The notes beneath the pieces were generated by a model. That model ran no database searches, was not told the origin of the DNA, and was given only the letters and a program-made list of their open reading frames with translations. DNA of 64,000 bases, taken from positions 167,601 to 231,600 of the forward strand of contig JACKGU010000001.1 of NCBI GenBank assembly GCA_020631855.1, written 5' to 3'. The DNA comes from Candidatus Nomurabacteria bacterium (GTDB taxonomy: Bacteria > Patescibacteriota > WWE3 > UBA101185 > UBA10185). A program made the translations under genes and the position numbers. Positions 17,886 through 27,502 of this stretch are shown here, one piece after another; positions within the stretch are counted from its first letter, which is position 1, and every line of letters begins with the position of its first letter.

Positions 17886-18434
17886 ATGACTAATTCTGAA
17901 TTAAAAGCTAAACTTCAAAGTTCTTTAGATTTTCTTAAAGAAGAACTGTCGTATGTGCGTACAGGTCGCGCTACGCCAACCATGCTTGATGAGATTAAAG
18001 TTAATGCCTACGGATCAATGCTGACCTTAAAAGAGGTTGGAACCTTGAGCGTATTAGATGCTCAGACCTTGTCTGTTGTTCCTTGGGATAAAAGCTTGCT
18101 GAAAGAAATCGCTAAAGCTATTAGAGAGAGCCAGCTTAAACTTAATCCCGCAGAGCAGGGCGGTAGTGTTATAGTTCCTATTCCTCAGTTAACCGAAGAG
18201 CGCAGACTTGAATTTGTAAAGATTGTGTCTGTGAAAGTTGAGGAATGCAAAGTTGCCATCAGACATGTACGAAATGATGCTATGAAAGACATAGACCAAG
18301 CTTTCGCAAGGAAAGAATTTGGGGAAGACGAAAAGTTCTCTTTTAAGGAGGAGGTTGAGGACACAGTTAAAGATTTTATTAGTAAGGCCGACGAACTTGG
18401 GGATTCTAAGAAACAAGACTTGCTTGCCAAATAG
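17886..18434 (+). CDS. frr: Ribosome recycling factor.
   Basis: RRF family similarity (VRTGRATPTMLDEIKV...EERR). It lies in the tsf-frr gene order. Confidence 0.85.
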   Translation: MTNSELKAKLQSSLDFLKEELSYVRTGRATPTMLDEIKVNAYGSMLTLKEVGTLSVLDAQTLSVVPWDKSLLKEIAKAIRESQLKLNPAEQGGSVIVPIPQLTEERRLEFVKIVSVKVEECKVAIRHVRNDAMKDIDQAFARKEFGEDEKFSFKEEVEDTVKDFISKADELGDSKKQDLLAK

Positions 18435-18455
18435 CTCGGTCTGGAACTTACAAAT

Positions 18456-19622
18456 ATGGTAGCAATAGCGATTTTTATATTAATATTCTCCTTGCTGGTT
18501 ATAATTCACGAGTTTGGTCATTTTATTGTTGCCAAAAAGTTAGGAGTGCGAGTTGATGAGTTTGGGTTTGGCATGCCTCCCAGAATATTTGGTAAAAAGG
18601 TTGGGGAGACTATATATTCTATAAATTTGCTTCCTTTTGGAGGCTTTGTCCAGCTACTAGGCGTTGATGAGAATGAGGGCCCTGTTGCAGAGGCTAAAAA
18701 AAACCCTCGTAATTTTTTATCTAAAAAACCTTTTCAAAAATTAGCAATATTATTAGGTGGTGTGATAATGAACCTATTACTGGCTTTTGTGCTATACGCT
18801 GTTTTCTTTTCGATCAGTGGTTATAAGTCCTCCCTCATCCCCTTAATTAGTGATTATCGATTTAAATACGGCGAGGTTTCGAAATTAAGTAACTTAATTG
18901 TCGATGTGCAGGATAATTCTCCGGCTGCGCAAGAAGATCTTGTTCCAGGAGAAGCTATTATTGAGATAGATCAAATTCCGGTTTATAATATAGGAGATAT
19001 TCAAGCCGCTCTGAGAAATAAAGCGGGCCAGGCTGTAACCTTATTAATTACCGACGCAAGATCTTCCGAATATAATGTAAGAAAAGTGGAAATTACCCCT
19101 TCGTCTAATCAAGCAGGGGAGGGAATAATAGGTGTTTACATTGGAGAGGCTGTAAATATTGATTACAGCAGAGGGTCCTCAAAATACCTAGCAGGCCCAA
19201 TGCATTCTTATAATATGCTCGCATATTCGGCCAACGTTATAGGCACGCTTTTTCAATCTTCTCTGGCTTATAAAAGTCTTGAGCCTGTTTCTTCGGGATT
19301 TTCCGGTCCTGTCGGTATATATTCCGTTGTTAAAGGGATTATTGCTTATGCAAGTCAGCTTGAGAACCCCGCTCAAAGAGTCCAAGTATTAACTTTGGCA
19401 CTAATTGACTTAACCGCCCTTCTATCCCTTTCTTTAGCACTTCTAAACGCGATGCCGTTTCCAGCCTTAGATGGAGGTCGCGTTGTTTTTGTAATCTTTG
19501 AGGCAATTACAAAAAAACAAATTAGCCAGGCAGCAGAAATGCGAATACACAAGTTTGGTATCATTTTTCTTATGGGCTTATTGGCGTTGGTAACTGTTAA
19601 AGACTTGCTCAATATATTTTAG
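18456..19622 (+). CDS. rseP: RIP metalloprotease RseP (site-2 protease).
   Basis: It has HEFGHF at the N-terminus, a PDZ domain and a C-terminal NAMPFPALDGGR (LDG motif). Confidence 0.85.
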   Translation: MVAIAIFILIFSLLVIIHEFGHFIVAKKLGVRVDEFGFGMPPRIFGKKVGETIYSINLLPFGGFVQLLGVDENEGPVAEAKKNPRNFLSKKPFQKLAILLGGVIMNLLLAFVLYAVFFSISGYKSSLIPLISDYRFKYGEVSKLSNLIVDVQDNSPAAQEDLVPGEAIIEIDQIPVYNIGDIQAALRNKAGQAVTLLITDARSSEYNVRKVEITPSSNQAGEGIIGVYIGEAVNIDYSRGSSKYLAGPMHSYNMLAYSANVIGTLFQSSLAYKSLEPVSSGFSGPVGIYSVVKGIIAYASQLENPAQRVQVLTLALIDLTALLSLSLALLNAMPFPALDGGRVVFVIFEAITKKQISQAAEMRIHKFGIIFLMGLLALVTVKDLLNIF

Positions 19623-19681
19623 TAAGTTTTTTATCTGTTTTAGATTTGTCAAATCTACCCCATCTGTAATATACTAGGACT

Positions 19682-20035
19682 GTGTACGACCAAAATTGCT
19701 TATTTTGTAAAATTGTGCAAGGCCAGGAACCGTGCGTTAAAGTGCTTGAAACTGAAGACTTTTTAGTTATAGAGAATAAGTTTCCTACGGCTCCTATTCA
19801 TTTGCTGGTTTTGGACAAGCAGCATCGTGAAAAAAATGATACTATATCAGGTGCGTATAAGAACGTTGGTTACTGGGATAGCCTGTTTACTGCCATAAAT
19901 GAAACTATAAGGTATAAAAACCTTGACAAAACGGGCTACAAACTGGTAAACAATGGGGCTGGGTATAACCATTTTGAACACGAGCATTTTCATATTTTGG
20001 GAGGCTCCGAAAATGAGCCCGGCGGAACCACCTAA
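19682..20035 (+). CDS. HIT-family protein.
   Basis: It has the histidine triad HEHFHILGG and the N-terminal CLFCKIV motif. The start is GTG. Confidence 0.75.
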   Translation: MYDQNCLFCKIVQGQEPCVKVLETEDFLVIENKFPTAPIHLLVLDKQHREKNDTISGAYKNVGYWDSLFTAINETIRYKNLDKTGYKLVNNGAGYNHFEHEHFHILGGSENEPGGTT

Positions 20036-20126
20036 CCTTAGGGGTTAGGTTTTTGTTGACGCTCCGGTACGTATGTGCCTGAGTTCAGTCTAAATTAAAC
20101 AGATAACGGAGGTGTTTTTTAATTTT

Positions 20127-20321
20127 ATGGCGAAAATTAAAGTCAGAAACAACGAGTCTTTAGAGCAGGCCCTTAGGAGGTTTAACAGAGAAGTTCTTAA
20201 AGCAGGAATTATAAGAGAGATTAATAACCGCAGACACTATCGAAAGCCTAGCGAGATCAAAGCGGAGAAGGTTAAAGAGAAGAATCGGAAGATTATGTTT
20301 GAGAAAAGAAAGAATAGCTAA
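20127..20321 (+). CDS. rpsU: 30S ribosomal protein S21.
   Basis: MAKIKVRNNESLEQALRRFNREVLKAG... matches the S21 consensus. Confidence 0.85.
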   Translation: MAKIKVRNNESLEQALRRFNREVLKAGIIREINNRRHYRKPSEIKAEKVKEKNRKIMFEKRKNS

Positions 20322-20323
20322 AG

Positions 20324-20626
20324 ATGCTTATAGAACAATTAAAAAATGATATGAAAGAAGCAATGAAGAGCAAAGACTCTTTCAAGCTCTCTGTTATAAG
20401 GTTTTTATTGGCTCAAATAAAGAATAAGGAAATAGAGCTTAGATCCGAAGACCGCTCATTGGAAGAGTCGGATGCTGTTTCTGTGTTAAAAAAGCAGATA
20501 AAGCAACGAAATCAATCTATTGAACTTTACTCAAAAGGCAACAGACACGATTTAGTAGAAAAAGAAAAGCTTGAGCTGGAAGTGCTGAACGCTTACTACG
20601 AGAAGTTTGCACCTGCAGTAGAGTAG
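20324..20626 (+). CDS. GatB/YqeY-domain protein.
   Basis: YqeY family similarity (MLIEQLKNDMKEAMKSKD...LEVLNAYY). Confidence 0.7.
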   Translation: MLIEQLKNDMKEAMKSKDSFKLSVIRFLLAQIKNKEIELRSEDRSLEESDAVSVLKKQIKQRNQSIELYSKGNRHDLVEKEKLELEVLNAYYEKFAPAVE

Positions 20627-20632
20627 GTAAGC

Positions 20633-21040
20633 ATGCCAGCAATAAATTTACCAGAAAATGTTTACATTACAGTAAAGATATCCGGGGACTCAGAGATAAG
20701 AAAATTAAATAAAAAATACCTAAAAAGAGATTGTCCTACAGATGTTTTATCTTTCAATTTGGATCAAGAAACAGACCAAGGATATTTGTTGGGTGAGATT
20801 ATAGTTAATAAGCAGCAAGCTTTGAAACAAGCCGGGAAATATGGAAATGATTTAGAGCACGAGATTGCGGCACTTGTCGAGCATGGCGTTCTTCATCTTC
20901 TAGGGGTTCACCACTCACATGACGACGAAAATTCTGTTCACGGTGTTAGCACAAAAAAAGCTACTAACGAAAATACTAATGACGGTTCCAAACAAGACGC
21001 AAGAGAAGTTATTAAAGACGAGGGAGAAGGATCTTTATAA
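20633..21040 (+). CDS. ybeY: Endoribonuclease YbeY.
   Basis: It has DVLSF and the metal site HGVLHLLGVHH (H..LH...G..H). Confidence 0.8.
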   Translation: MPAINLPENVYITVKISGDSEIRKLNKKYLKRDCPTDVLSFNLDQETDQGYLLGEIIVNKQQALKQAGKYGNDLEHEIAALVEHGVLHLLGVHHSHDDENSVHGVSTKKATNENTNDGSKQDAREVIKDEGEGSL

Positions 21041-21573
21041 TGCTGGTTGTTGGTTTAGGTAATCCTGGAGAGAAATACACCACTACTCGACACAATGTCG
21101 GGTTTATGCTATTAGATCAACTTGCACGTAAGTACGACTTAGCTTGGAGTTTTAATAAAAAAATTAATGCTGAGATTGCAACTTATTTTTCTACCCATGA
21201 CGTTGGAAAAAATAAGGTAATTTTGTTAAAACCTCAAACTTTTGTAAACGAATCCGGTACTGCTGTGAAAGCAGCAATGAACTTCTTTAACATTTCAATG
21301 CAGGATTTGCTAGTTGTTCATGACGATCTGGACTTTGATTTTGGTACTGTGAAGAAAGTTAAGGATCGGAGCGATGCGGGGCACAATGGCGTAAAAAGTA
21401 TAACCAAATATTTGGGTTCCAGTGACTATGGAAGATTGCGTTTTGGTATTGGTAGGCCTGAAGATTCTAGAATTAATTCTGTTGATTATGTTTTAGGTAA
21501 TTTTACCGATAAAGAGCTACGCGCGGTAAAAGAATATGATCTTGAACCCATCATTGCCTCGAATTTATATTAG
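21040..21573 (+). CDS. pth: Peptidyl-tRNA hydrolase.
   Basis: The N-terminus is LVVGLGNPGEKYTTTRHNVGF and it has the HNG motif. Confidence 0.9.
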   Translation: MLVVGLGNPGEKYTTTRHNVGFMLLDQLARKYDLAWSFNKKINAEIATYFSTHDVGKNKVILLKPQTFVNESGTAVKAAMNFFNISMQDLLVVHDDLDFDFGTVKKVKDRSDAGHNGVKSITKYLGSSDYGRLRFGIGRPEDSRINSVDYVLGNFTDKELRAVKEYDLEPIIASNLY

Positions 21574-21609
21574 TTGAATAATTTTTAGAAATAGAAGTAT
21601 ACTGATTAG

Positions 21610-23307
21610 GTGTACTATACAAAATATCGACCCCAAAAATTTAGCGAAATAATCAAACCAAATCTTGCTGCTGAAGTTCTTATGAAACAAGCTGTTGAAG
21701 GCAAGATAGGCCATGCGTATCTTTTTATAGGTTCCAGAGGTACAGGGAAAACAACTACAGCTAGGATTTTGGCTAAAGCCATAAATTGTTTAAATTTGGA
21801 AAAAAACGGCGACCCGTGTAATAAATGTAAGAATTGCGTGTCTATAGCTAAAGGTGCTTTTATGGATTTGATAGAGATAGATGCCGCAAGTAACAGAGGC
21901 ATTGATGATATTAGAACTTTGCGCGACATGGTGAATTTAGCTCCTACCTCAGGTAAAGGCAAAGTTTATATAATCGACGAAGTGCACATGTTAACCAACG
22001 AAGCCTTTAATGCTTTGCTCAAAACTTTAGAAGAGCCCCCTGCGAGGGTTACATTTATTTTATGTACTACCGAAGCCCACAAAGTTCCCGACACCGTAAG
22101 ATCCAGATGTCAGGTTTTAAAGTTTAAGAGAGCGACGATAGAGCAGATTGTAGAGAAGCTGGAAAACATATTAAAGGAGGAAGTAAACAAGGATCTCTCT
22201 AAGCAAGATCTTACAAAGATAGCGCAGGCCGCCTTTGGGGGCTTTAGGGATGCTGAAACTCTCCTACAGCAAGTAATTGAAGGTAGTATGGAGATCAGCT
22301 CTTTTGTCGGCTTAAATTCCAGCCAAACCATAGTAGATTTTATTGAAAACCTAATTTCAAAAGATTCGAGTTCGGCTTTGCTATTGCTAAACAAATTAGT
22401 GGATGAAGGGCTGGATATAAATGTTTGGTTAATGGACGTTCTTTCTTATTTGAGAGATATGTTGTTTATAAAACAGGGAATAGACTCTGCCTTGGTTGAT
22501 ATGCCTGCTGAAACTATGAAGGAAATAATTCAGCAAGCCAAAAAAATATCTTCAGCTGAGCTCGTCTTTTATATCGAGTCCTTATTAGAATCACAGATAA
22601 AAATGACAAGGTCTTTTATAGCACATTTGCCTTTAGAGATAGCAGTAGTAAAAATTTGTTCCAAATCTTTTGACTCGGAATCTGTAAGCAGAAACGCGCA
22701 CGATTTGCCAAGCGTACCCCCGGAAGTTTTAAGAACAGCTAAAAACACAAAAAATGAATCTATAAAAACTGCCACAAGGGGCAATCGGAAAGAAGCGCCC
22801 GGCGTTTCTTCTTCGCTCGTCGAAAGGTCCGGAGCAGTGTCGGTATTAGCGGCCCAACCCGACGTTCCTGAATCAGTGATTCCAGAAATAGAGGCTTTAA
22901 TTAACGAAGAAGATTGTGTTATTGCTTTAGAAGAAATACAGCAAACCTGGAATGAGCTACTAAAAAATATTTCAACAATTAATAGTTCAATCTCTGCATT
23001 GTTAAAGAATGCTCGTCCTACAAAGGTTGTAGGTGCAAAGGTCGTGATTCAAGTTGCATTTTCTTTTCATAAAGAAAGGCTAGAAGCTCAGAAAAATAGA
23101 CAGATTGTTGAACGCGCTCTGCTTTCTTTGATGAACCGGCCTTTAACCTATGAATGTCATGTTGGTGGGGAGAGGCCTGTAAGAAAAAACAAAGGGGAAA
23201 CCGGAGATCTAACTGATAAAAATATTTCTGCACCAATTTTCTCCGGTACTTCAGAGGAGTTAAAAAATAATATATTAGAAGTTTTTGATGGGGGACTGCC
23301 GTTATAG
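21610..23307 (+). CDS. dnaX: DNA polymerase III subunit gamma/tau.
   Basis: It has the AAA+ Walker A GSRGTGKTT, a CxxC zinc module (CNKCKNC) and the box VIILCTTE-like sequence. Confidence 0.9.
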   Translation: MYYTKYRPQKFSEIIKPNLAAEVLMKQAVEGKIGHAYLFIGSRGTGKTTTARILAKAINCLNLEKNGDPCNKCKNCVSIAKGAFMDLIEIDAASNRGIDDIRTLRDMVNLAPTSGKGKVYIIDEVHMLTNEAFNALLKTLEEPPARVTFILCTTEAHKVPDTVRSRCQVLKFKRATIEQIVEKLENILKEEVNKDLSKQDLTKIAQAAFGGFRDAETLLQQVIEGSMEISSFVGLNSSQTIVDFIENLISKDSSSALLLLNKLVDEGLDINVWLMDVLSYLRDMLFIKQGIDSALVDMPAETMKEIIQQAKKISSAELVFYIESLLESQIKMTRSFIAHLPLEIAVVKICSKSFDSESVSRNAHDLPSVPPEVLRTAKNTKNESIKTATRGNRKEAPGVSSSLVERSGAVSVLAAQPDVPESVIPEIEALINEEDCVIALEEIQQTWNELLKNISTINSSISALLKNARPTKVVGAKVVIQVAFSFHKERLEAQKNRQIVERALLSLMNRPLTYECHVGGERPVRKNKGETGDLTDKNISAPIFSGTSEELKNNILEVFDGGLPL

Positions 23308-23427
23308 CGACTTTTTCCCGAAGTCCCTGACTGCCTAGCTTTGTTACATAATATTTTTACTAAGCCGCCTTCGCGACATTCCTGTTTTAAATAGAAAATA
23401 GCCTTATAAATATGCTAAACTCATCAT

Positions 23428-24057
23428 GTGAAAACTCCAAAACCAATTTCTGATTTAATACAAAACTTCGAACGTTTGCCGGGCATTGGACCTAAAACTG
23501 CCCAAAGACTGGTTTTTTATATGTTAAGGTTTCCCCAAGAAGAGCTTGATAAATTTGGGCAGAACATTGCAGAGTTAAAAACTAAAACTAAGATTTGCAG
23601 TGTATGTAAAAACATTGATCAAGAAGACCCCTGTTGCATATGCTCTGATAGTAGTAGGGATATTGACTTGATAGCCGTAGTGACAACCCCGCTGGATTTA
23701 TATGCTCTAGAGAGGGCAGGTTTTAAAGGCTTGTATCATGTTTTACACGGCGTGATAGACCCATTAAATAACATTGGTCCCGAAGAAATTTATTTGAAAG
23801 AACTTCTATCAAGAATAGACGATATTTCTCCCACAGCAGATGCCCCTTTGGAATTATTAATGGCAACAAATACGGGAATGGAAGGCGAATCTACTGCCAT
23901 TTATATAAGCAGGGCCATTAGGGAAAAAGGTTATTCGAATGATATTATAAAAATAACTAGAATTGCTCGTGGGCTTCCTGTTGGGGGAGACGTTGAATAT
24001 GCTGACGACCTTACCCTTCATAGAGCTTTAGAGGGGCGGAGTAATTTTGATTTATGA
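23428..24057 (+). CDS. recR: Recombination protein RecR.
   Basis: It has an HhH motif (LPGIGPKTAQRL), a C4 zinc finger and a Toprim domain. Confidence 0.9.
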   Translation: MKTPKPISDLIQNFERLPGIGPKTAQRLVFYMLRFPQEELDKFGQNIAELKTKTKICSVCKNIDQEDPCCICSDSSRDIDLIAVVTTPLDLYALERAGFKGLYHVLHGVIDPLNNIGPEEIYLKELLSRIDDISPTADAPLELLMATNTGMEGESTAIYISRAIREKGYSNDIIKITRIARGLPVGGDVEYADDLTLHRALEGRSNFDL

Positions 24058-25427
24058 TTAAAATATATAATTCTTTAACCAAAAAGGTAGAAGATTTTAA
24101 GCCGATACACGAAGGAACGGTGTCCATGTACACTTGTGGGCCCACAGTCTACTCATATGCCCATATTGGTAATTTTAGAACTTATGTTTCGGCTGATATT
24201 ATTTACAGAACTTTCTTAGTCAATGATTATAAGGTTCGTTACATCATTAACCTTACGGATGTAGGCCATTTATCTGATGATGCGGATGATGGGGACGACA
24301 AGGTTGAAAAAATGGCTAAAGAAGAAGGTAAAAGCGCAAGAGACATTACTGACTTTTACATTAAAAGATTTTTAATCGATTATGAAAAATTGCGTATAAT
24401 CAAGCCTAAGAAATTCACAAGGGCTACCGAATATATTAAAGAACAGGTAAGTCTTGTTAGTGAGTTAGAGAAGAGGGGCTATACATATAGAACTTCAGAT
24501 GGGGTTTATTTTGATACTTCTAGGTTTGAAAAATACGGAGAACTCTCTGGTCATTTTGCAGAAGATATTTTGGAGGGTGCCAGGGTTGAGATAAATCCTG
24601 AGAAGCGAAATCCTACGGATTTCGCTCTCTGGAAACTTTCTCCTAAAGATGAGAAAAGATGGCAAGAATGGGAATCACCGTGGGGAATCGGTTTTCCGGG
24701 ATGGCACATTGAATGTTCGGCCATGGCACTAAAGGAGCTGGGTCAAACAATAGACGTTCATTTAGGAGGAGAAGACTTATTAATGCATCATCAGAATGAG
24801 ATTGCACAAAGTGAGTGTGCTACCGGCAAAGAGTTCGTTCATTACTGGATGCACGCTGCTTTCTTGAAAATAGATGGGGGAAAGATGTCTAAAAGTTTGA
24901 ATAACATGTATACCTTGGAAGATATTGAGGCAAAAGGGTTTGATCCTTTATCCTTGAGGTATTTTTATCTAAGTGGCCATTATCGAACTTCTTTAAATTT
25001 TACTTGGGAAGCTTTGCAGTCTGCTCAAACAGCTTTAAAAAAGCTATATCAAGTTGTTGAGGGCTACTCCCCAATTCAGGAAGAAACGTTTGCCAAGGAC
25101 TACCTGTCACGTTTTATGGACGTTGTAAATAACGATTTCAATATGCCCCAGGCACTTGCAACAATGTGGGATTTACTAAAAAGTGATGTTAGTGAGCAGA
25201 CCAAGATCTGCACTTTGTTGAAGATGGATGAGGTTTTGGGGCTGGATATTGAGAGTCATGTTGGAATGACTATTCCTGAGGAGATAGTAAATTTAGCTGA
25301 AACCCGAAATACCTATCGAAGAAATGGTATTTGGGATAAGGCCGATCAGTTGCGAAAGCAGTTAGAGGCGTCCGGCTACTTGGTAGAGGATAGGGGAGAT
25401 TCCTATAAAATCAGAAGAAGGATCTAA
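24054..25427 (+). CDS. cysS: Cysteinyl-tRNA synthetase.
   Basis: It has the class-I HIGH-like motif (YAHIGN) and KMSKS. Confidence 0.9.
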   Translation: MIKIYNSLTKKVEDFKPIHEGTVSMYTCGPTVYSYAHIGNFRTYVSADIIYRTFLVNDYKVRYIINLTDVGHLSDDADDGDDKVEKMAKEEGKSARDITDFYIKRFLIDYEKLRIIKPKKFTRATEYIKEQVSLVSELEKRGYTYRTSDGVYFDTSRFEKYGELSGHFAEDILEGARVEINPEKRNPTDFALWKLSPKDEKRWQEWESPWGIGFPGWHIECSAMALKELGQTIDVHLGGEDLLMHHQNEIAQSECATGKEFVHYWMHAAFLKIDGGKMSKSLNNMYTLEDIEAKGFDPLSLRYFYLSGHYRTSLNFTWEALQSAQTALKKLYQVVEGYSPIQEETFAKDYLSRFMDVVNNDFNMPQALATMWDLLKSDVSEQTKICTLLKMDEVLGLDIESHVGMTIPEEIVNLAETRNTYRRNGIWDKADQLRKQLEASGYLVEDRGDSYKIRRRI

Positions 25428-25435
25428 TCTTCTGG

Positions 25436-27433
25436 CTAGTTTACTTGCCACCTCGTGTTGGTGGGTTTAAATAAACTTTTCAATTGTACTAAGTATTTAG
25501 GCTCGTACGTAAAGTTCTCTGACGGGGTAATTTCGTTATTTGTGCCTTGTAGGGTGCGTTGGAAATCTATTGTTTCTGCAACATAAAAACCTTTAAGATT
25601 TAAGGTAGCTGTTGTATTAACAATATCATACGCGGTGTATATTGTGCCGTTAGTGATTATAGCTGCAGTGAGATCCGTGACCGTTCTTCGTATTAGCACA
25701 TCCCCGCTAACAACAAACAGAAGTGCTGATTCATTGCGTATGTTCAGGTTAGTGCTAATTGTGAGATCTCCGTTTATGAAAATAACTTGGTTGAAGGTTG
25801 CTGTACTGTGGTTGTTGGGGACCCTTGAACTGCTAAGTGTGTAGCTCCCGTTTCGTACAAAAACCCCTGAAGTAGTTGGTAGATTGGTGGTGGCGCCCAT
25901 CGAGGTTTTAGTGTCTATTGTGTTGTTGTAAATTTCTTCGTAGGAAGTATGGTAAGCTTGAGAATTTCTAATGTACCAGTCTTGGGTTGAGGTAAAAAAA
26001 TCAATCCCGTATCCCGCCACTTCTACAAGAGCATCTGTATTAGGTAATTCGGGCTCTGCCAGCATGTCAATGTTGTTATTGGATTTTACTGCCCCATTTC
26101 CCCTAAGTTTTATCCAGGGACCGTTTATACAGTAGTTTTTAGTTGTGGCATTTCCCGCCATGTCTTGGGCATAGAATTTAACGGTTTTACATATTCTCCA
26201 GGTTGAGTTACAGAAGTTAGTGTGTTGGGTTTGTAGATATGCATCTGAGTCTTCGTCGGCTAAAACCCCATATTCTAAATCCGCAAAACCTCCTGCTATC
26301 CAGGGCGTGTTACATCTTTCCAAATCCGTATATACCCCATAAGGGCTGGTAGTATTTGTTACATACTGATATTTGTTAACTTCTGTTGATAATCCCGATA
26401 CGAAATCACTAACGTTGGTGAAAACATATAGATGGTGATCGCTGGGCCCACCTACTTGTCTAAAAGCCCCTGAGTCGTGCCAGTTGGATGGGGGCGTCTG
26501 GTCTACTTTGAAGGTTGTACAGTTTTTTACCGGTTCGTTGCAAGAGTAGGTTTCGGTGTTACCTTGGTTGTCTACGCTGTAGTACTGTATGGTGTGTAAT
26601 ACGCTGTCGCTGCCAACAGTAAGACTTGTGCTGGTGTCTTGAATCGAAGAGTTGATATTCGTACCGTCAATATATAGCGCGCCAGGACCTTCGAGCCCTA
26701 TTTCTAGATAAACCCCCTTAGTACTAATGTTTGGAATCGTAAAATTAAGTGATTTTCTAATCCACCCTGTAGTTCCGGAAATTACGGAAGTTCTAGCAAT
26801 TTCGTATGTTGAATTATCGTTCTTTACACCCATAATTTTTACGTATGCATTTCCTTCCGCATTATCAACTTTTAGCCAAGCAGAAGCGCTCATGCTGTCG
26901 TAAGGGGTCGCAGATGCGTAGGCAGAAAAATTTGATATTGCATGCCATGTTCCGCCTGTAGTTTCTAATAAAGCTGAAGAAACTTCATATCCTGGGGCAT
27001 AGTCTTTAACGTATTGCGACGCCTGAACCTCAGGATCGTCCACAGACAACTCCCAAGACTCGATTCCTGTATTTGTTGCACCCGGTGTTTCAAAAGATGA
27101 GTTTTGTATTAAATTTTGTGTATCACTAAAAGTAGTTGTTTGCCATGACCCGTTATTGAGCTTGTAGTTTATAGATTTGATTCCACTTAGGGTATCTGAC
27201 GCCGTAAGTTTTATGTTTACCGGAGTGGTGTACCAGCCGTTATCTCCATTCGGCGTGCTTGGTGTGAGCTCTATGGTTGTTATGGGCGGGGTGTTGTCTA
27301 ACTCTTCTGCCATCACAGAAGACCTTGTCGGCTTTTCATTCAAGATAGAATTTATTGTCAGGATAAAGATTGAGCATAGAGTAATAAACTTTTCAAATTT
27401 TTTGAGGTCGTGTTGAATATACGAGTTGGGCAT
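25436..27433 (-). CDS. Large secreted or surface protein (665 aa) with an N-terminal signal anchor.
   Basis: The N-terminus has a hydrophobic segment (FITLCSIFILTINSIL). The rest is S/T/N-rich and beta-rich with no catalytic motif. Confidence 0.55.
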   Translation of the reverse strand: MPNSYIQHDLKKFEKFITLCSIFILTINSILNEKPTRSSVMAEELDNTPPITTIELTPSTPNGDNGWYTTPVNIKLTASDTLSGIKSINYKLNNGSWQTTTFSDTQNLIQNSSFETPGATNTGIESWELSVDDPEVQASQYVKDYAPGYEVSSALLETTGGTWHAISNFSAYASATPYDSMSASAWLKVDNAEGNAYVKIMGVKNDNSTYEIARTSVISGTTGWIRKSLNFTIPNISTKGVYLEIGLEGPGALYIDGTNINSSIQDTSTSLTVGSDSVLHTIQYYSVDNQGNTETYSCNEPVKNCTTFKVDQTPPSNWHDSGAFRQVGGPSDHHLYVFTNVSDFVSGLSTEVNKYQYVTNTTSPYGVYTDLERCNTPWIAGGFADLEYGVLADEDSDAYLQTQHTNFCNSTWRICKTVKFYAQDMAGNATTKNYCINGPWIKLRGNGAVKSNNNIDMLAEPELPNTDALVEVAGYGIDFFTSTQDWYIRNSQAYHTSYEEIYNNTIDTKTSMGATTNLPTTSGVFVRNGSYTLSSSRVPNNHSTATFNQVIFINGDLTISTNLNIRNESALLFVVSGDVLIRRTVTDLTAAIITNGTIYTAYDIVNTTATLNLKGFYVAETIDFQRTLQGTNNEITPSENFTYEPKYLVQLKSLFKPTNTRWQVN

Positions 27434-27502
27434 TAATTAAATTCTAGATACCCGAACCATTAATGTCAAAGATTATTAGGTATTGGTTTTAGTTTTTTTA
27501 TC

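Noticed and set aside
21574-21609. Expected SRP RNA (scRNA) gene next to dnaX, as in Firmicutes.
   Set aside because: Neither the pth–dnaX nor the dnaX–recR (23308–23427) spacer contains the conserved domain-IV motif (GGAAGGAAGCAGCC-like) or is long enough for it. Not found.
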